64,000 nucleotides of DNA, from NCBI RefSeq assembly GCF_001194135.2, contig NC_069002.1, positions 10,900,248 to 10,964,247 on the forward strand, written 5' to 3'. Of the stretch, positions 1 to 12,029 are shown in pieces (the stretch's first letter is position 1; every line of letters begins with the position of its first letter). Both the position numbers and the translations under genes were made by a program. Below the pieces are notes generated by a model, which was not told the origin of the DNA, ran no database searches, and worked only from the letters and a program-made list of their open reading frames with translations. The DNA comes from Octopus bimaculoides (lineage: Eukaryota).

Positions 1-150
1 TGTGCACCCGCATGCTGGCATGGTTGGACAGTTTGACAAGGCTGGCATACTAGAAGGCTGCACCAGGCTCCAGTTTGATTTGACATGATTTTCTATGGCT
101 GGATGCCCTTCTTAATGCCAACCACTCCGAGAGTGTATTGGGTGCTTTTA
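1..150 (-). mobile_element. SINE family B fragment ((GAT)n-tailed family)
   Basis: Reverse complement of the 3' half of the copy at 22150-22573 (ggatgcccttc..aatgccaaccactccgagagtgta..gggtgcttt). Confidence 0.75.
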
Positions 151-169
151 TGTGATTACAATGACAAGG

Positions 170-432
170 GCTCCAGTTGAACCACTCAACGGAACAGCAA
201 GTAGCTGAGAACTCCACAGACAGAGAGGCATGCCTTTAAAGTAGTTCTCGGGAAGATTCAGCATGACACAGAATGTGATGAGGCTGGATCTTTTGAATTA
301 CAGGTACAACTCATTTTTGCCAGCTGAGTGGACTGGAGCAATGTGAAATAAACTTGCTCAAGGACACAATGTGCTCCTGGGAACTGAACTCCTGACATTA
401 CAATTGTAAGCCAAATGCCTTAACCATTAAGC
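170..432 (-). mobile_element. tRNA-head SINE family D, diverged copy
   Basis: Contains cttgctcaaggacacaatg...gaactgaactcc...ttaaccattaagccat, matching the D-family head and core seen at 56995 and 61428. Confidence 0.6.
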
Positions 433-452
433 CATGTACCTTCACACACGCG

Positions 453-493
<41 letters not shown>

Positions 494-1241
494 GCAACTA
501 TTTCTAATTATGATTGTTACAACCTTCTGACCTCTCTTTGTCAAAGTTCAAAGTTTACATTTAAAATACCCCCCCCCCCAAAAAAAATGGCAAATTCTTT
601 ATTCTTTAACTGTTTCATCGGATTCTTTCAATGCGACCTTTCACACTAATTTCTTTATTCTATTCTCACATTTCTGGGAAATTTCTTCAACATCTCTCCC
701 CTCCCTAAGCAACCTACCCCCAACTCCCTCATAAAAAATAAACTGTGCCAATAGTCACATTAAGGAATTTTCCTTTTCTCTTTTTTTGTTTGGTAAGATT
801 GGAATGAAATTCAGGTTTATATGTGCACTTTATGCAGTCCCCCATCATTATCTCTAATTATCCTCTTCTGCCTCTGCTCCCCCCCTCCACTGCCTCATTG
901 CTGTTTTCATCATCTTCATCATTTGTTTCATCATCTCTCTCACATGTTTCATTTGCATGCAATGTCTGTTTTATTGGTTTCGTTATTCAACTCTCTCCCA
1001 CCAAAAATAACACATAGTATTGTTGACCTGAATGGAAACAGAAAGAAGAGGAAGATGGGGGGAAGAAGATGAGAAGGAGGTGGAGGGAGAGTGGAAGAAG
1101 GGTACATCAGTTGTGAAGATTTTTTTGCTCTTTCTTCAAGCTTAAAAAATGGCTCCTGTTAAAAGGGCCATGCCCAGGTATTTCTAAATCTGGTTGTGGT
1201 GGTGGTATGTGCCCAGTCAATTTAGCATTAGCATCATCATC

Positions 1242-1410
1242 ATCATCATCGTTTAACGTCCGCTTTCCATGCTAGCATGGGTTGGACGATTTGACTGAGG
1301 ATTGGTGAAACCGGATGGCAACATCAGGCTCCAATCTAAATTTGGCAGAGTTTCTACAGCTGGATGCCCTTCCTAACACCAACCACTCAGAGAGTGTAGT
1401 AGGTGCTTTT
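1242..1410 (-). mobile_element. SINE family B 3' fragment with (GAT)n tail
   Basis: catcatcatcatcgtttaacgtccgctttccatgctagcatgggttggacg is near-identical to the reverse complement of 22540-22573. Confidence 0.85.
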
Positions 1411-1859
1411 ACGTGGGACGATGACTGATATTCTTTTAAAGGCGGTGCTCTAGCATGGCCACAGTCAAATGACTGAAACAAGTAAAAGAGTATATATATA
1501 TATAAATTGATTGATTGAATGAATGTGGTTATTAAGCTTTCACTTTTATATTATACTATGGAAGATGGTAGGGATTATAATTTTTGTATGACTTAATGGA
1601 TTGGTCACTGTTTAGTTATGTATATAGGAGTTGGTTGTAATTTACTTATTGACCCTTTCAGGGTCCATAAGTTAAGTTTATAAATTAGGCTTGACGATTG
1701 ATGCTGATATGTTTACGTCCCTGTAATTTAGTGATTCAGCAAAAGGGACCAATAGAATTAGTACCAGGCTTACAAAGAATAAGTCCTGGGGTCAATTTCT
1801 TTGACTAAAATCCCTTTAAGGTGGTGCTTAAGGATGTTCATTACCACATACCCCACACC

Positions 1860-2130
1860 TACCCCTATATCATATCACGGGAACACATGACCAACCAGAC
1901 TATAAGATGTCACACATCGCTGGTCACAATGCACTTTGCATCATTTTAGCTTTCAAATAACACCATCCCACTGGCTAGGTGAGCAGGTCAACATTCCACC
2001 CCCTTGATCAAAATTGGGGACTGGAGCAATGGGAAATGCTTTGCTCAAGAACACAATGTGCCGCCCGGTCTGGGAATTGAACCCATCACCTAGTAATCAT
2101 CATTGCAACAATCTAACCACTGGGCCACAC
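1860..2130 (-). mobile_element. tRNA-head SINE family D, diverged copy
   Basis: ttgctcaagaacacaatgtgccgcccggtctgggaattgaaccc...taaccactgggccacac resembles the head at 48615-48766. Confidence 0.6.
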
Positions 2131-2535
2131 ACCTTCACCTACCCCTATATGTATACTTACAACAGTAAATGATTTAATGAGGCAAATTTTGTTGGTGTAT
2201 TGAAGCTCCATGTTTAGTTAATAAACACTGGCATTACATTGGGGTGGATGGGAGTTAAATATGCTGCATCACTGTCAGAGGAGATGACATCAGCTCAGAG
2301 TTTTATATAAAACAAACCTAATCCATTGATGTATCTTATATAACAATAAAGTTTATCATTAAATGAAGTTTAATTTTGATGTGGCTCTGAAGTATTTTTT
2401 GTATTTCAACTTTCATTCTTTCCATCACCAAATGCTCACTCACTTTTATCACATAAAACTATGAAAATGTGTTTACATTTATATATGATATTATAAATAT
2501 TGTAAATAAAATATATGTAATATCAGTTTATATAA

Positions 2536-2570
<35 letters not shown>

Positions 2571-2894
2571 CATAAGGACAAAACATTCAAACACTAAGGT
2601 TTGAAATATATATATATATATATATGCATACACACACACACACACACATATATATNNNNNNNNNNTATATATATATATATATATATATATACACGCACAC
2701 ACATAATTGAAAATTAGCACAAAGCATAAGGCTGCACAAGGTGTCACCCTGTTTAGAAATATTTAAACCTGGTACCACCTATGTTGCTGTTGTTGTTATT
2801 ATCTATTACTTATATTCACCACAGATAATATTAACAAGAGTAATATCTTATTTTGAATGTAAGCATTCAAATATTTGCTTACACATATATATAA

Positions 2895-3228
2895 CTCCAA
2901 AGTTTCTCACCAAAAATACCATGGTATCACTTCCACACCTGCCCTATTCACCAGCTTTAGCACCTGTGGACTTCCATCTCTTCTCCCAAGATGAAAATGC
3001 AGCTGAAAGATCGTCATTTTAACACTGTTGTTGAGACCCAGAGTGAATTGCAGAAGGTCCTTGACTCACTTATGGAAAACGACTTCCAGACCAGATTCCA
3101 AAAGTGGCAGGAAAGCTGGGACTGGTGTATTACTGTGCAAGGAGATAATCTTAAAACTTAGGTAAATAAGTTATTTTTTATTAAACGTAACTAGAAACCT
3201 TTTGATACCACCTCATACAGAGATATAT
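2895..3228 (+). mobile_element. mariner (Tc1/mariner) transposase C-terminal relic with 3' TIR
   Basis: Translates, with a frameshift, as KFLTKNTMVSLPHLPYSPALAPVDFHLF..MKMQLKDRHFNTVVE..ELQKVLDSL..WQESWDWCITVQGD, containing the mariner YSPDLAPxDF motif; ends in a TIR-like cttttgataccacctcata. Confidence 0.85.
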
Positions 3229-3539
3229 GTGATGCACTTTCTGAATTTTTCCCAATCACCAACTTGGGACTTGAAAGGGTTAAACAGAGATATTGTTCAG
3301 GGAGGTTTTGCTGTTGCATTGAACAAGTTATGTGACCACATAAAAGTTACTCCATATTTTTGTTTTTATTTGGTTCATTTTATATTTTAAAGCAATTGCA
3401 TTGTACAAGACACAGTTCTGTTGTTTAATAATGCACAAAGCTTTTAAATTCATTTAAAATTTAAATTTATTTTATGAAGTGTCAAATTTTTTTCCTTTCA
3501 CAATTGTGTCAGTGATGAGGCTACAGTTATGTTTTATCT

Positions 3540-3885
3540 TTCATCTTTTATCTTTCACTTGGACTGTGGCCATGCTGGGGCATTGCATCAAATTGACTGC
3601 AGTACATATTTCTAAGTTTGGAACTTATTCTATCAGTTCTTTTACTGAACTGCTAAGTGACAGGGATGCAAACAAAACATCACCAGATGTCAAGTGGTGA
3701 TTGGTGGACAAACACCACAAACACATAAGACAAACATAACATAAAGATACATTTCAGTTTCCTTCTACCAAATCCACTCACAAGGTTTTGGTTGGCCTGA
3801 GGCTATAGTAGAAGACACTTGTGCAAGGTGCCATGCAGTGGGATGGGACTGAACGCAGAATCATGTGGTTTTGGAAGCAAGCTTT
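3540..3885 (-). mobile_element. SINE family A, diverged copy
   Basis: Collinear with 8006-8440 (actgtggccatgctgg...caaatccactcacaagg...gaagacacttgtgcaaggtgccatgcagtggg). Confidence 0.75.
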
Positions 3886-5197
3886 TGTCTGTGTATATAT
3901 ATATATATATATATTGTTGTTTCTGATGAGAGAGATTCTCTTATAGTGCCTTGTTATTTAACAGAGTCACCAGTAAAGTTTCCACTTATCTACTTATTTA
4001 TTTTTCCTAAAATTCTCATTGCATCTTGCAACCTTTTCAATATACTTCAACACACGAACTCGCATAAAGAATCTGGCAAACCAAATCCATAAACAAAACA
4101 TATATATATATACATACACATACACACACATATATGTTATTTGGTGTTAAAATTTTTGCTGCACCAACTGCAACCTGTTTAACAGATTTTGCAGGTTTTC
4201 AAACAGCTAACATGTATCTGCAGTGCTGCAATACTCTATATCTTGAACTTAGCGGTTAATTCATTGAGGGCGATTTGGCTGCTAGGTTGAGTAGAATTAC
4301 AAAGGAATTCTCTCGTTTAAAACATCAGTAGTTACTTTTGAAACTTAACACGTGGGCTGTGTTATGTGATTCGGCTGAATTGACGTGCATTAAGGCTGTA
4401 GGTATCCATGGCCATGTCAGACAGAAAAAACCTTAATAGGTTAAGAGCGAAGTGTAAGTGATATGTAGTGAAACACTCACTGAATTTCAATCAATAATTG
4501 TCATCAACAGAATACACACGGCGATCAATACAAACGCTTCCAAAAATGTGTACAGAGCTAAATATAGGCAGAAAGGGAGTAAAAGAGAAAAATAAAAGAA
4601 AGAAATAGAAAGAGAAAAATAAGATAACATTAAATATTAATTGAATATTGAATATCCATACACTTTCTGTAAAAATGGAAGTCCCTGTGGGCATTGTTAA
4701 AGGCAGTGTTTGTGTTAATGGCTTTTAAAGTATGTAACGCAAAATGCAATGGGTTCTCTAAAACCATTTTTAGATATTGGATAAAGCTTTAGGTTTTTCT
4801 TTAAATATGTTAATTTTTCACGCCTGTGTGAGTAACACTATTCAATGTCTGCTTAGTGATTCTCTTGTCGCTATATTAGCAAGTGCAATGTTATGGTGCC
4901 TATGTGTTGCTGAAGAAGTCATATCATACTGAAACTTGCCTGGAGTTATCTCCCATATTAGCTGAGATAATTAAAATACTATTGGTTATTCAGTGAACTA
5001 ATGATGTATTCTGATTACTTGATAATTATTTCTAATTGGAACTTTTAATGATTTGAATAGAGCCTTCAGCTGACAAAAGCTTTGGATTTGATAGATCAAA
5101 GCTAAAAAATGCCTATTGACTATATATATATATTTATGTATACAAGTATATACATAAATACATACATGAATCTATCTATCTACATATATATATATAT

Positions 5198-5442
5198 AGC
5201 TCAGTGGTTAGAGTGTTTGATTCCTGTTGTGTTCTTGAGCAAGACACTTTATTTCATATTGCTCCAGTTCATACAGCTATAGAAATGAGTTGGATATCAC
5301 TAGTGCCAAGCTGTATTCACCTTTGGCTTCCTCTTGCATAATATCAGTTACACAGAGAGAGGAGTCTGCTATGCATGGGCGACTGCTGGTCTTCCATAAA
5401 CAACCATTCCTGGACTTGAGCATCGGAGTGTAACTTTCTAGG
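5198..5442 (+). mobile_element. SINE family D copy
   Basis: gctcagtggttagagtg head and cttgagcaagacactttatttc core; tail shared with 9583-9930 and 61428-61790. Confidence 0.7.
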
Positions 5443-5492
5443 TGTGTGTGTATGTGTGTATACATATATGGTAGATGGAAACTGAAAGAATC

Positions 5493-5537
<45 letters not shown>

Positions 5538-5539
<2 letters not shown>

Positions 5540-5730
5540 GAGAATTTACGAAAAAAACAACAGACGAAGACAGGTGGTGTAAACAACAAATGGATGTATT
5601 AGTATAACGCTCAGGAATAGAGAAAGTCTTTGAGGTTTCGAGCCTACGCTCTTCAACAGAAAGGAACACAGAGAAACAAGGAGAAAAAAATATAAATGTA
5701 GTGGTCAGCGATCTAGCATGGCAAATGCCG
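5538..5730 (-). mobile_element. Penelope-like terminal repeat fragment next to (TA)n, containing a hammerhead-like motif
   Basis: Abuts a (TA)n tract and carries ctgttgaagagcgtaggctcgaaac on the minus strand, a layout typical of Penelope pLTR hammerheads. Family assignment is inference. Confidence 0.5.
5628..5663 (-). ncRNA. minimal type I hammerhead ribozyme-like motif, probably inactive in this copy
   Basis: CTTT-CTGTTGA-A-GAGC(GTAG)GCTC-GAAA-CCTC-AAAG: stem I CTTT/AAAG and stem II GAGC/GCTC pair; core differs from CUGANGA..GAAACGUC at two positions. Confidence 0.5.
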
Positions 5731-5744
5731 GACATATGATGGGA

Positions 5745-5892
5745 TTCTTTCAGTTTCCGTCTACCATATCCACTTAAAAGGGTTTGGGCAGCCTGATGCT
5801 GCAGTAGAAGACACTTGTCCAAGGTGCCACCCAGTGGAACTAAACCCAGAACTATGTGGTAGGAAAGTAAGCTTCTTACAGTACAGCCATGC
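5745..5892 (-). mobile_element. SINE family A 5' half
   Basis: ttctttcagtttccgtctacc...gaagacacttgtccaaggtgccac...aagcttcttacagtacagccat. Confidence 0.75.
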
Positions 5893-7249
5893 CGGTTTGG
5901 TGTTTAACCTGTTTGTTATGTAGAACATGTATGTGTTGTTTTATTGCATTGGGTGGTGTTTGCTTCGTGGAAGTATTGGGTAGTTGGTATTATATATTAG
6001 TGTTTCTGTGTGCTTAGTGTTTGCGTTAAGTTTTTTATGCGTTTAGTGTTTGTGTTTAGGTCTATGTGTTTAGTGTCTATGCGTTAGTATTTCTGCGCAA
6101 TGTGTTCTGGTCTTTGGTTCATCTAAACATGCAAGGATCAGGTTGATGAAGGATGATAAACAGCAGGAGAAGAAATTGGTGTAAGTCCCACATTAAGCAC
6201 TTATTTGCTTCTTCCCACACCCCCGTCCCTCTCCAGATTCCTTCCTGTCTCCCACCCTACGCCTCTCTTGGAACTGTGACCTTCTGCAATTTCCTCCTGC
6301 CTGCCTCCTGCCTCCTCTTCCTCTTTATCCTTCCTCAGGTCTTCTTTATCCTGAAGACAATTCTCAACTCTTATTACAGAAGTTCAAACTCCACATCAGT
6401 CACCTCTGCGTCAGTCTCACTCCTCCAGCGAAGTAGAGGAAGACAGAGAGAACAAGAGAGAGAGAGTGGCGGGGGAGTTCCAACTATGAGTAGGTCACAA
6501 GCAATGCACCACCACCACCACCACCACCACTCTCTTCCTCTTCCCTCACCTCTCTCCCTCTCCTCTTCTTCTCTAACTAAATGGTAAAAATGAGAGAGAA
6601 AAGACGTACAGAAGAGAGAGGAAGATGTTGGGGTGAGGTTATCGGTGGTGGTGGTGCTGGGGTGGGGTGAGTGAACTAGTTGGAATTTGGCCAAGTCAAC
6701 AGAGAGGTGGTGATGGTGGTTGTGGTGGTGGTGGCGGTGGCGTGGGAGGGCGTGGTTATATACCGATGGTGAGAAATTGTGATGGATTTATGTGGTTTTA
6801 TGATGCGGAGAAGATAACATTTAAGACTATAATGTAATATAACACACAGCACCATCGCTACCACCACCACTGAGCGACTACCACTCACACTATCACCCAC
6901 CACCACTACGCTTTGACATGTCCATATTAGTAGAGTCATCTTTCATAATTTGACTAAGATGTACTTGTGTTAACGAACATCCATATTCACACAAAGAAGT
7001 ACACACACACACACCTACCCCTACACATACCCCCACACCGCGCACGCACACACTACACACACACCACACACACACACATACACATACACACACGTTCACA
7101 AATGCATACATACATATGCAGGCATTAATATAGGTATGCATATGTATGCATTAATATGTTTTTATATACTCGTATAAAAATATATTAACATGTATATAAA
7201 ACAACACAAAAACACACACTTATATATGCTTGATTATACATACATATCT

Positions 7250-7568
7250 ATCTGTCTGTCGGTCTATCATCTATCTGTCTGTCTGTTTCTCTGTCTGTCT
7301 GTCTGTTTCTCTGTCTGTCTGTCTGTTTCTCTGTCTGTCTATCTGTTTCTCTGTCTGTCTATCTGTTTCTCTGTCTGTCTATCTGTTTCTCTGTCTGTCT
7401 GTCTGTTTCTCTGTCTGTCTATCTGTTTCTCTGTCTGTCTGTCTGTTTCTCTGTCTGTCTATCTGTTTCTCTGTCTGTCTGTCTGTTTCTCTGTCTGTCT
7501 ATCTGTTTCTCTGTCTGTCTATCTGTTTCTCTGTCTGTCTATCTGTTTCTCTGTCTGTCTATCTGTCT
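7250..7568. repeat. 20-bp minisatellite (ctgtctgtctatctgtttct)n, about 15 copies
   Basis: Direct tandem periodicity; source of the 154 aa and 191 aa pseudo-ORFs. Confidence 0.95.
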
Positions 7569-8005
7569 ACATACATACATACATACATACATTATTTCTA
7601 TCCTACTCACAAGCAAAAATGCTACTCCATGATGGTCATAGTCATGATGAATAAGACAACAATGAAAATGTGTGTATGCATACGTACGCACACATATTAT
7701 CATGCATACACACACATTGACATAACTCAGTTACATAAGACTATTCATATATACATATCCAAATATACTCATTCGCACTCCAATGCATGGAACACTAAAA
7801 CATAAACGCTAAAAGGAAAATGAAATAAATTGAGTACAGCAATGCCTCGGTAAACGAGTTAGCCCATTGCCTGCCATAAACCTCATTTGGGGATCTGCCT
7901 AAAACTGTCTCCCTGCCAGTTGATCGTTGTATTTAAAGTGAATTGCTTATGGACATTGCATTTGCAGAGGTGTGTTTAACAATATTTAGTAGTTGTCGTC
8001 ATTAG

Positions 8006-8211
8006 CTCTCTTTACTTGTTTCAGTCATTTGACTGTGGCCATGCTGGAGCACCGCCTTTAGTCGAGAAATTCGACCCCAGGACTTATTCTTTGTAAGCCT
8101 AGTACTTATTCTATCGGTCTCTTTTGCCGAACCGCTAAGTTACAGGGACGTAAACACACCAGCATTGGTTGTCAAGCGATGTTGGGGGGACAAACACATA
8201 CATACACATAC

Positions 8212-8276
<65 letters not shown>

Positions 8277-8440
8277 CGACAGGCTTCTTTCAGTTTCCGT
8301 CTACCAAATCCACTCACAAGGCTTTGGTCGGCCCGAGGCTATAGTAGAAGACACTTGCCCAAGGTGCCACGCAGTGGGACTGAACCCGGAACCATGTGGT
8401 TGGTAAGCAAGCTACTTACCACACAGCCACTCCTGCGCCT
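8006..8440 (-). mobile_element. SINE family A, near full-length young copy with internal (TA)n/(CA)n tract
   Basis: Head aggcgcaggagtggctgtgtggtaagtagcttgc..ggttccgggttcagtccc is tRNA/Pol III-like and CpG-retaining; at least 14 related copies occur in the window. Confidence 0.9.
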
Positions 8441-9009
8441 ATATTAAAAAGCTCTGCCCTGGGTTAATTCTAGAGGACATTTTATGTCATAAATTGCAAT
8501 TTTTGGATTACAAACGTTTTTTCTTTTGCATTTCGCATCTATGTCATTCATTGATATTTCATACACATCCGCATTCGATACCATACTTTAAAAAACCTAA
8601 AATGTTTATTATTGCAATTGAATAGAAAAGGATAACTATGCTTTTTATCAGCAATCCCCATTTGGGACTTTTCAAAAGATTTATCATAATTTCCAAAATA
8701 ATTCACATATGAAGAAAATTTAAATGCTATATATTAATTCCTAAGACATCTGGCAAAGCCAAAAAATAGGAGTAAAAAAATTTGGCAGTTAATGGGTTAA
8801 TTTGTTCGTGGAGATCGCTCATGAAGTGAAAACTCATAAAGAGGAGCAATAATTTCCTACAGTAGCAATGTTATAAATCGTAATTCGTTCCGAGAAAAAT
8901 ATCTTACCTATGAAATTTATAATACTCATAAATAAATGGCAATAAAACAACAGTAGAATGGAAAGAATATTTTTTGGAAAGTAAAAAGAATGTCAAAATC
9001 ATGAATAAT

Positions 9010-9320
9010 ATTATTATTATTATCGTTTTCTTTTATTAGCCACACAGGGCTTTACACAGAGGGGACAAATACAATGTAGAGCTTTTCTTTTGGAGAGGGA
9101 GAAGGAGAGAAAAAAAAGTGGGGGGTCGATCAAAAAGAATCGTAGGAAAGAAAAAAAGTGGGGTGGAGTTCGATCAAAAGGGATCGGAAAAAAATAAAAA
9201 ATTGTTTTCTGAATCACTTCCACTCACACTAGACTCGCACACACCCTCACTTGTAGACACGATCACCGATTCACAAGCACTCATAGATGGATTTGTAGAT
9301 TTTTTTTTAAAAAGACAAGT
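9010..9320 (-). mobile_element. 3' end of a non-LTR retrotransposon (possibly L1/Tx1 type)
   Basis: Minus strand ends ...ctgtgtggctAATAAAagaaaacgataataataat, i.e. a polyA signal followed by a short (TAA)n tail. Clade uncertain. Confidence 0.35.
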
Positions 9321-9582
9321 CTAAAGTTGTTTGCTTAGAAGAATTTTTTTTGCCTCTCTATAAATTTCTTGGTAGAAGCATTTGTTATAAGAGTAGGAAC
9401 ATTTGCTCTTCATTCAAAATTTGGCTCATTCTATTTATTTTAAAACAAAACTTGTAAACCCAGTGTTTTGTAAAGTGGGTCCTTGTAAAGTGAGGTGTTA
9501 TTGTACATCCAAAATCTTTCCTATCTCACATCTCTCTCTCACTCTCTCTCTCTTTATTTGTACAATTCTGTCTCTTATTTCA

Positions 9583-9930
9583 TGTTGCTCCAGTTTACTC
9601 GGCTGTTAAAATGAGTTGGGACATCACTGGTGCCAAGCTGTATCATCCTTTGCCTTTCCCTTGCATAACATCAGTGGCATGGAGAGGGGAGACTGGAATG
9701 CATGAGCGACTGCTGGTCTTCCATAAACAACTTGTGCCTCAGCGAGTAACTTTCTAGGTACCAAAGGGGAATTTTATCCTTTACCCTATGCACATATAAT
9801 GATGTTGTAAGGGGAGGCTGGTATGTATGGGCAACTGCTGGTCTTCCATAAAGCAACCTTGCCTAGACTTGTGCCTCAGAGGGGAACTTCCTAGGTGCAA
9901 TCCCATGGTCATTCATGACCGAGGGGGCTT
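9583..9930 (+). mobile_element. SINE family D 3' part with internal duplication
   Basis: ttgctccagtttactc..aaatgagttg..gtgccaagctgtatc; the actgctggtcttccataaa block occurs twice. Confidence 0.7.
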
Positions 9931-10388
9931 AATACATAAATGCATATGTGTGCATGTGTGTGTGTGTGTACCACCAGTGGTAGTTCTTGTAAGTGCTTAG
10001 GCCTCACCAGTGATTTTTACATTAGGAAGAGCATGAAACCATAGAAACCATGTCAAATGAGACAGGGAAACCACCTTGTTGAATCCTCTCTCTTCCCAGC
10101 TCCTGATGATGATGATGGTGGTGGTGAGGATGATGATGATGATGACAACAGCAACAATGATGACGACAGTGACGTTGATGTATTTTATACATACATATAT
10201 ATGTATATAATGGCAGATAAATGCGAATAGGCTTAAGGAGTTTTTATATGGAATGCAAATAAAACGAATGATGTAATAGTCTTATCATATCTCTAACACT
10301 ACACACTCTCTCTCATTCTCTCTCTATATACATATACATACATATGCATGTGTTTGTGTGTATGTGGGTATATATTTATATATGTGGG

Positions 10389-10461
<73 letters not shown>

Positions 10462-10861
10462 CCATGCATGTGTGTAAGGGCAGGTGTGTAAGGCATACAT
10501 ACATATATGTAGGTGTCTAAGGTGTATATATGTGGATATTTATGTATGCATGCATATTTGTGTATATGCGTGTGCATATATATCTTCAGATATAATGGAA
10601 AGTCTGAACTATATTCATATAATTATTTTCATTTCAGGAAGACAGTTTCTTGTTATATTCAAGTAATTGTTTTTCACTTGTAATTTTCAAGCAATTGTTT
10701 TCACTTTAAATCTAGGAAAAGAGAGAGAGAGAAAGAAAGAATAAGAAAGTGAAAGAGGAAAAACAGAGATAGTGACTTGTCTAGAAGCAGATATATATAC
10801 ACACACACATATATATATCATATTCTCATATACATAATGATACACATACACACATATACGC

Positions 10862-10892
<31 letters not shown>

Positions 10893-11574
10893 TAAATACT
10901 TATATACATATAGTCATGTATAAATACATAAATACCTATATCTATTTTTGTATACATATACATACATATGTAGATATACATACATGCACACACTCACATA
11001 TGCACTCATGCATACACACACACATGCATGTAAACACACACACATGCAAAAAGCAAAGAAAATTTTTTGAGGATTTTATCATGGATATTAGAAAGTATAT
11101 ACATTTTTATTAAAATATGTTACCGGTTTCAATCTCTTAAAAAGAGCTCTTAGTCATGCAGAATCAAAAGAAAATGCACTGAAATAAATTCTATTAAATT
11201 AAACTTTTATGCTATCAGTTCTAGAAATTTACGTCTTTTCTTATATTTAGAGAGAGAAAGAGAAAGGGGGAGAGAGAGTGGGAGAGAGAGGCAGTGAGGC
11301 ACAGAGAAAGAGAGAGAGACACAGACGGAGACAGAGAGACACAACACCTAGTCTGGTCCAGGAATCGAACTCTCTACTTTATGATTGTGAGCCTGACGCT
11401 CTAGCTACAGAGCCCAAAATGTGACACTTACTTGTTTTGTCATAGTACCTCATTCAGAGACTTATAACCAGATGAGAGTGGCAGTGTCTAATTACTATTC
11501 AAATAGGCTGTTGTACAAAATGTGGTGGGCTTAATTAGAAGAGGATTCATTAAAAATAATTATGCAAGAAAAGC

Positions 11575-11745
11575 ACTGGTACAGATGCCACATAAGATGC
11601 ACTGGTGCCATGTAAAAAGACACCCAGTACACTCTATAAAGTGGAAGGGCATCCAGATGTAAAAACCATGCCCAAATACAGAGCCTGGTCTTGTCAGCTC
11701 CAATCAAACCGTCCAACCCATGCCAGCATTGAAAACAGACGCTAA

Positions 11746-11787
<42 letters not shown>

Positions 11788-11790
11788 ATG
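11575..11790 (+). mobile_element. SINE family B 3' fragment plus (GCT)n(GAT)n tail
   Basis: cacccagtacactc..gaagggcatccag..ccgtccaacccatgccagcat..gacgctaa followed by the triplet tail. Confidence 0.7.
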
Positions 11791-12029
11791 TAGATGCAGA
11801 ATGTTGATAACGTAATTTGTATTTTGCTTAATCAACATATTTAGTTTAATTAAAATATTTGCTTATTTTTCAAAAAGTTAATGCAAATGAGAAAAAAAAA
11901 AGAAAAGAAAATCTTGAAACAGAATCAAAAGAGGAAAACAGAAATAAATATCCAAAAAGGATCGTGAAAGAGTTTGTAAATTTTTACTTTGGGAATTAAG
12001 AAGAGGATTAAAAGAATCTAAAGATATGT

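Noticed and set aside
11124-11178. Minus-strand AG..GT-bounded 55-nt segment
   Set aside because: Stops in all three frames and only a moderate donor (GTAACA); at most a non-coding exon, unsupported.
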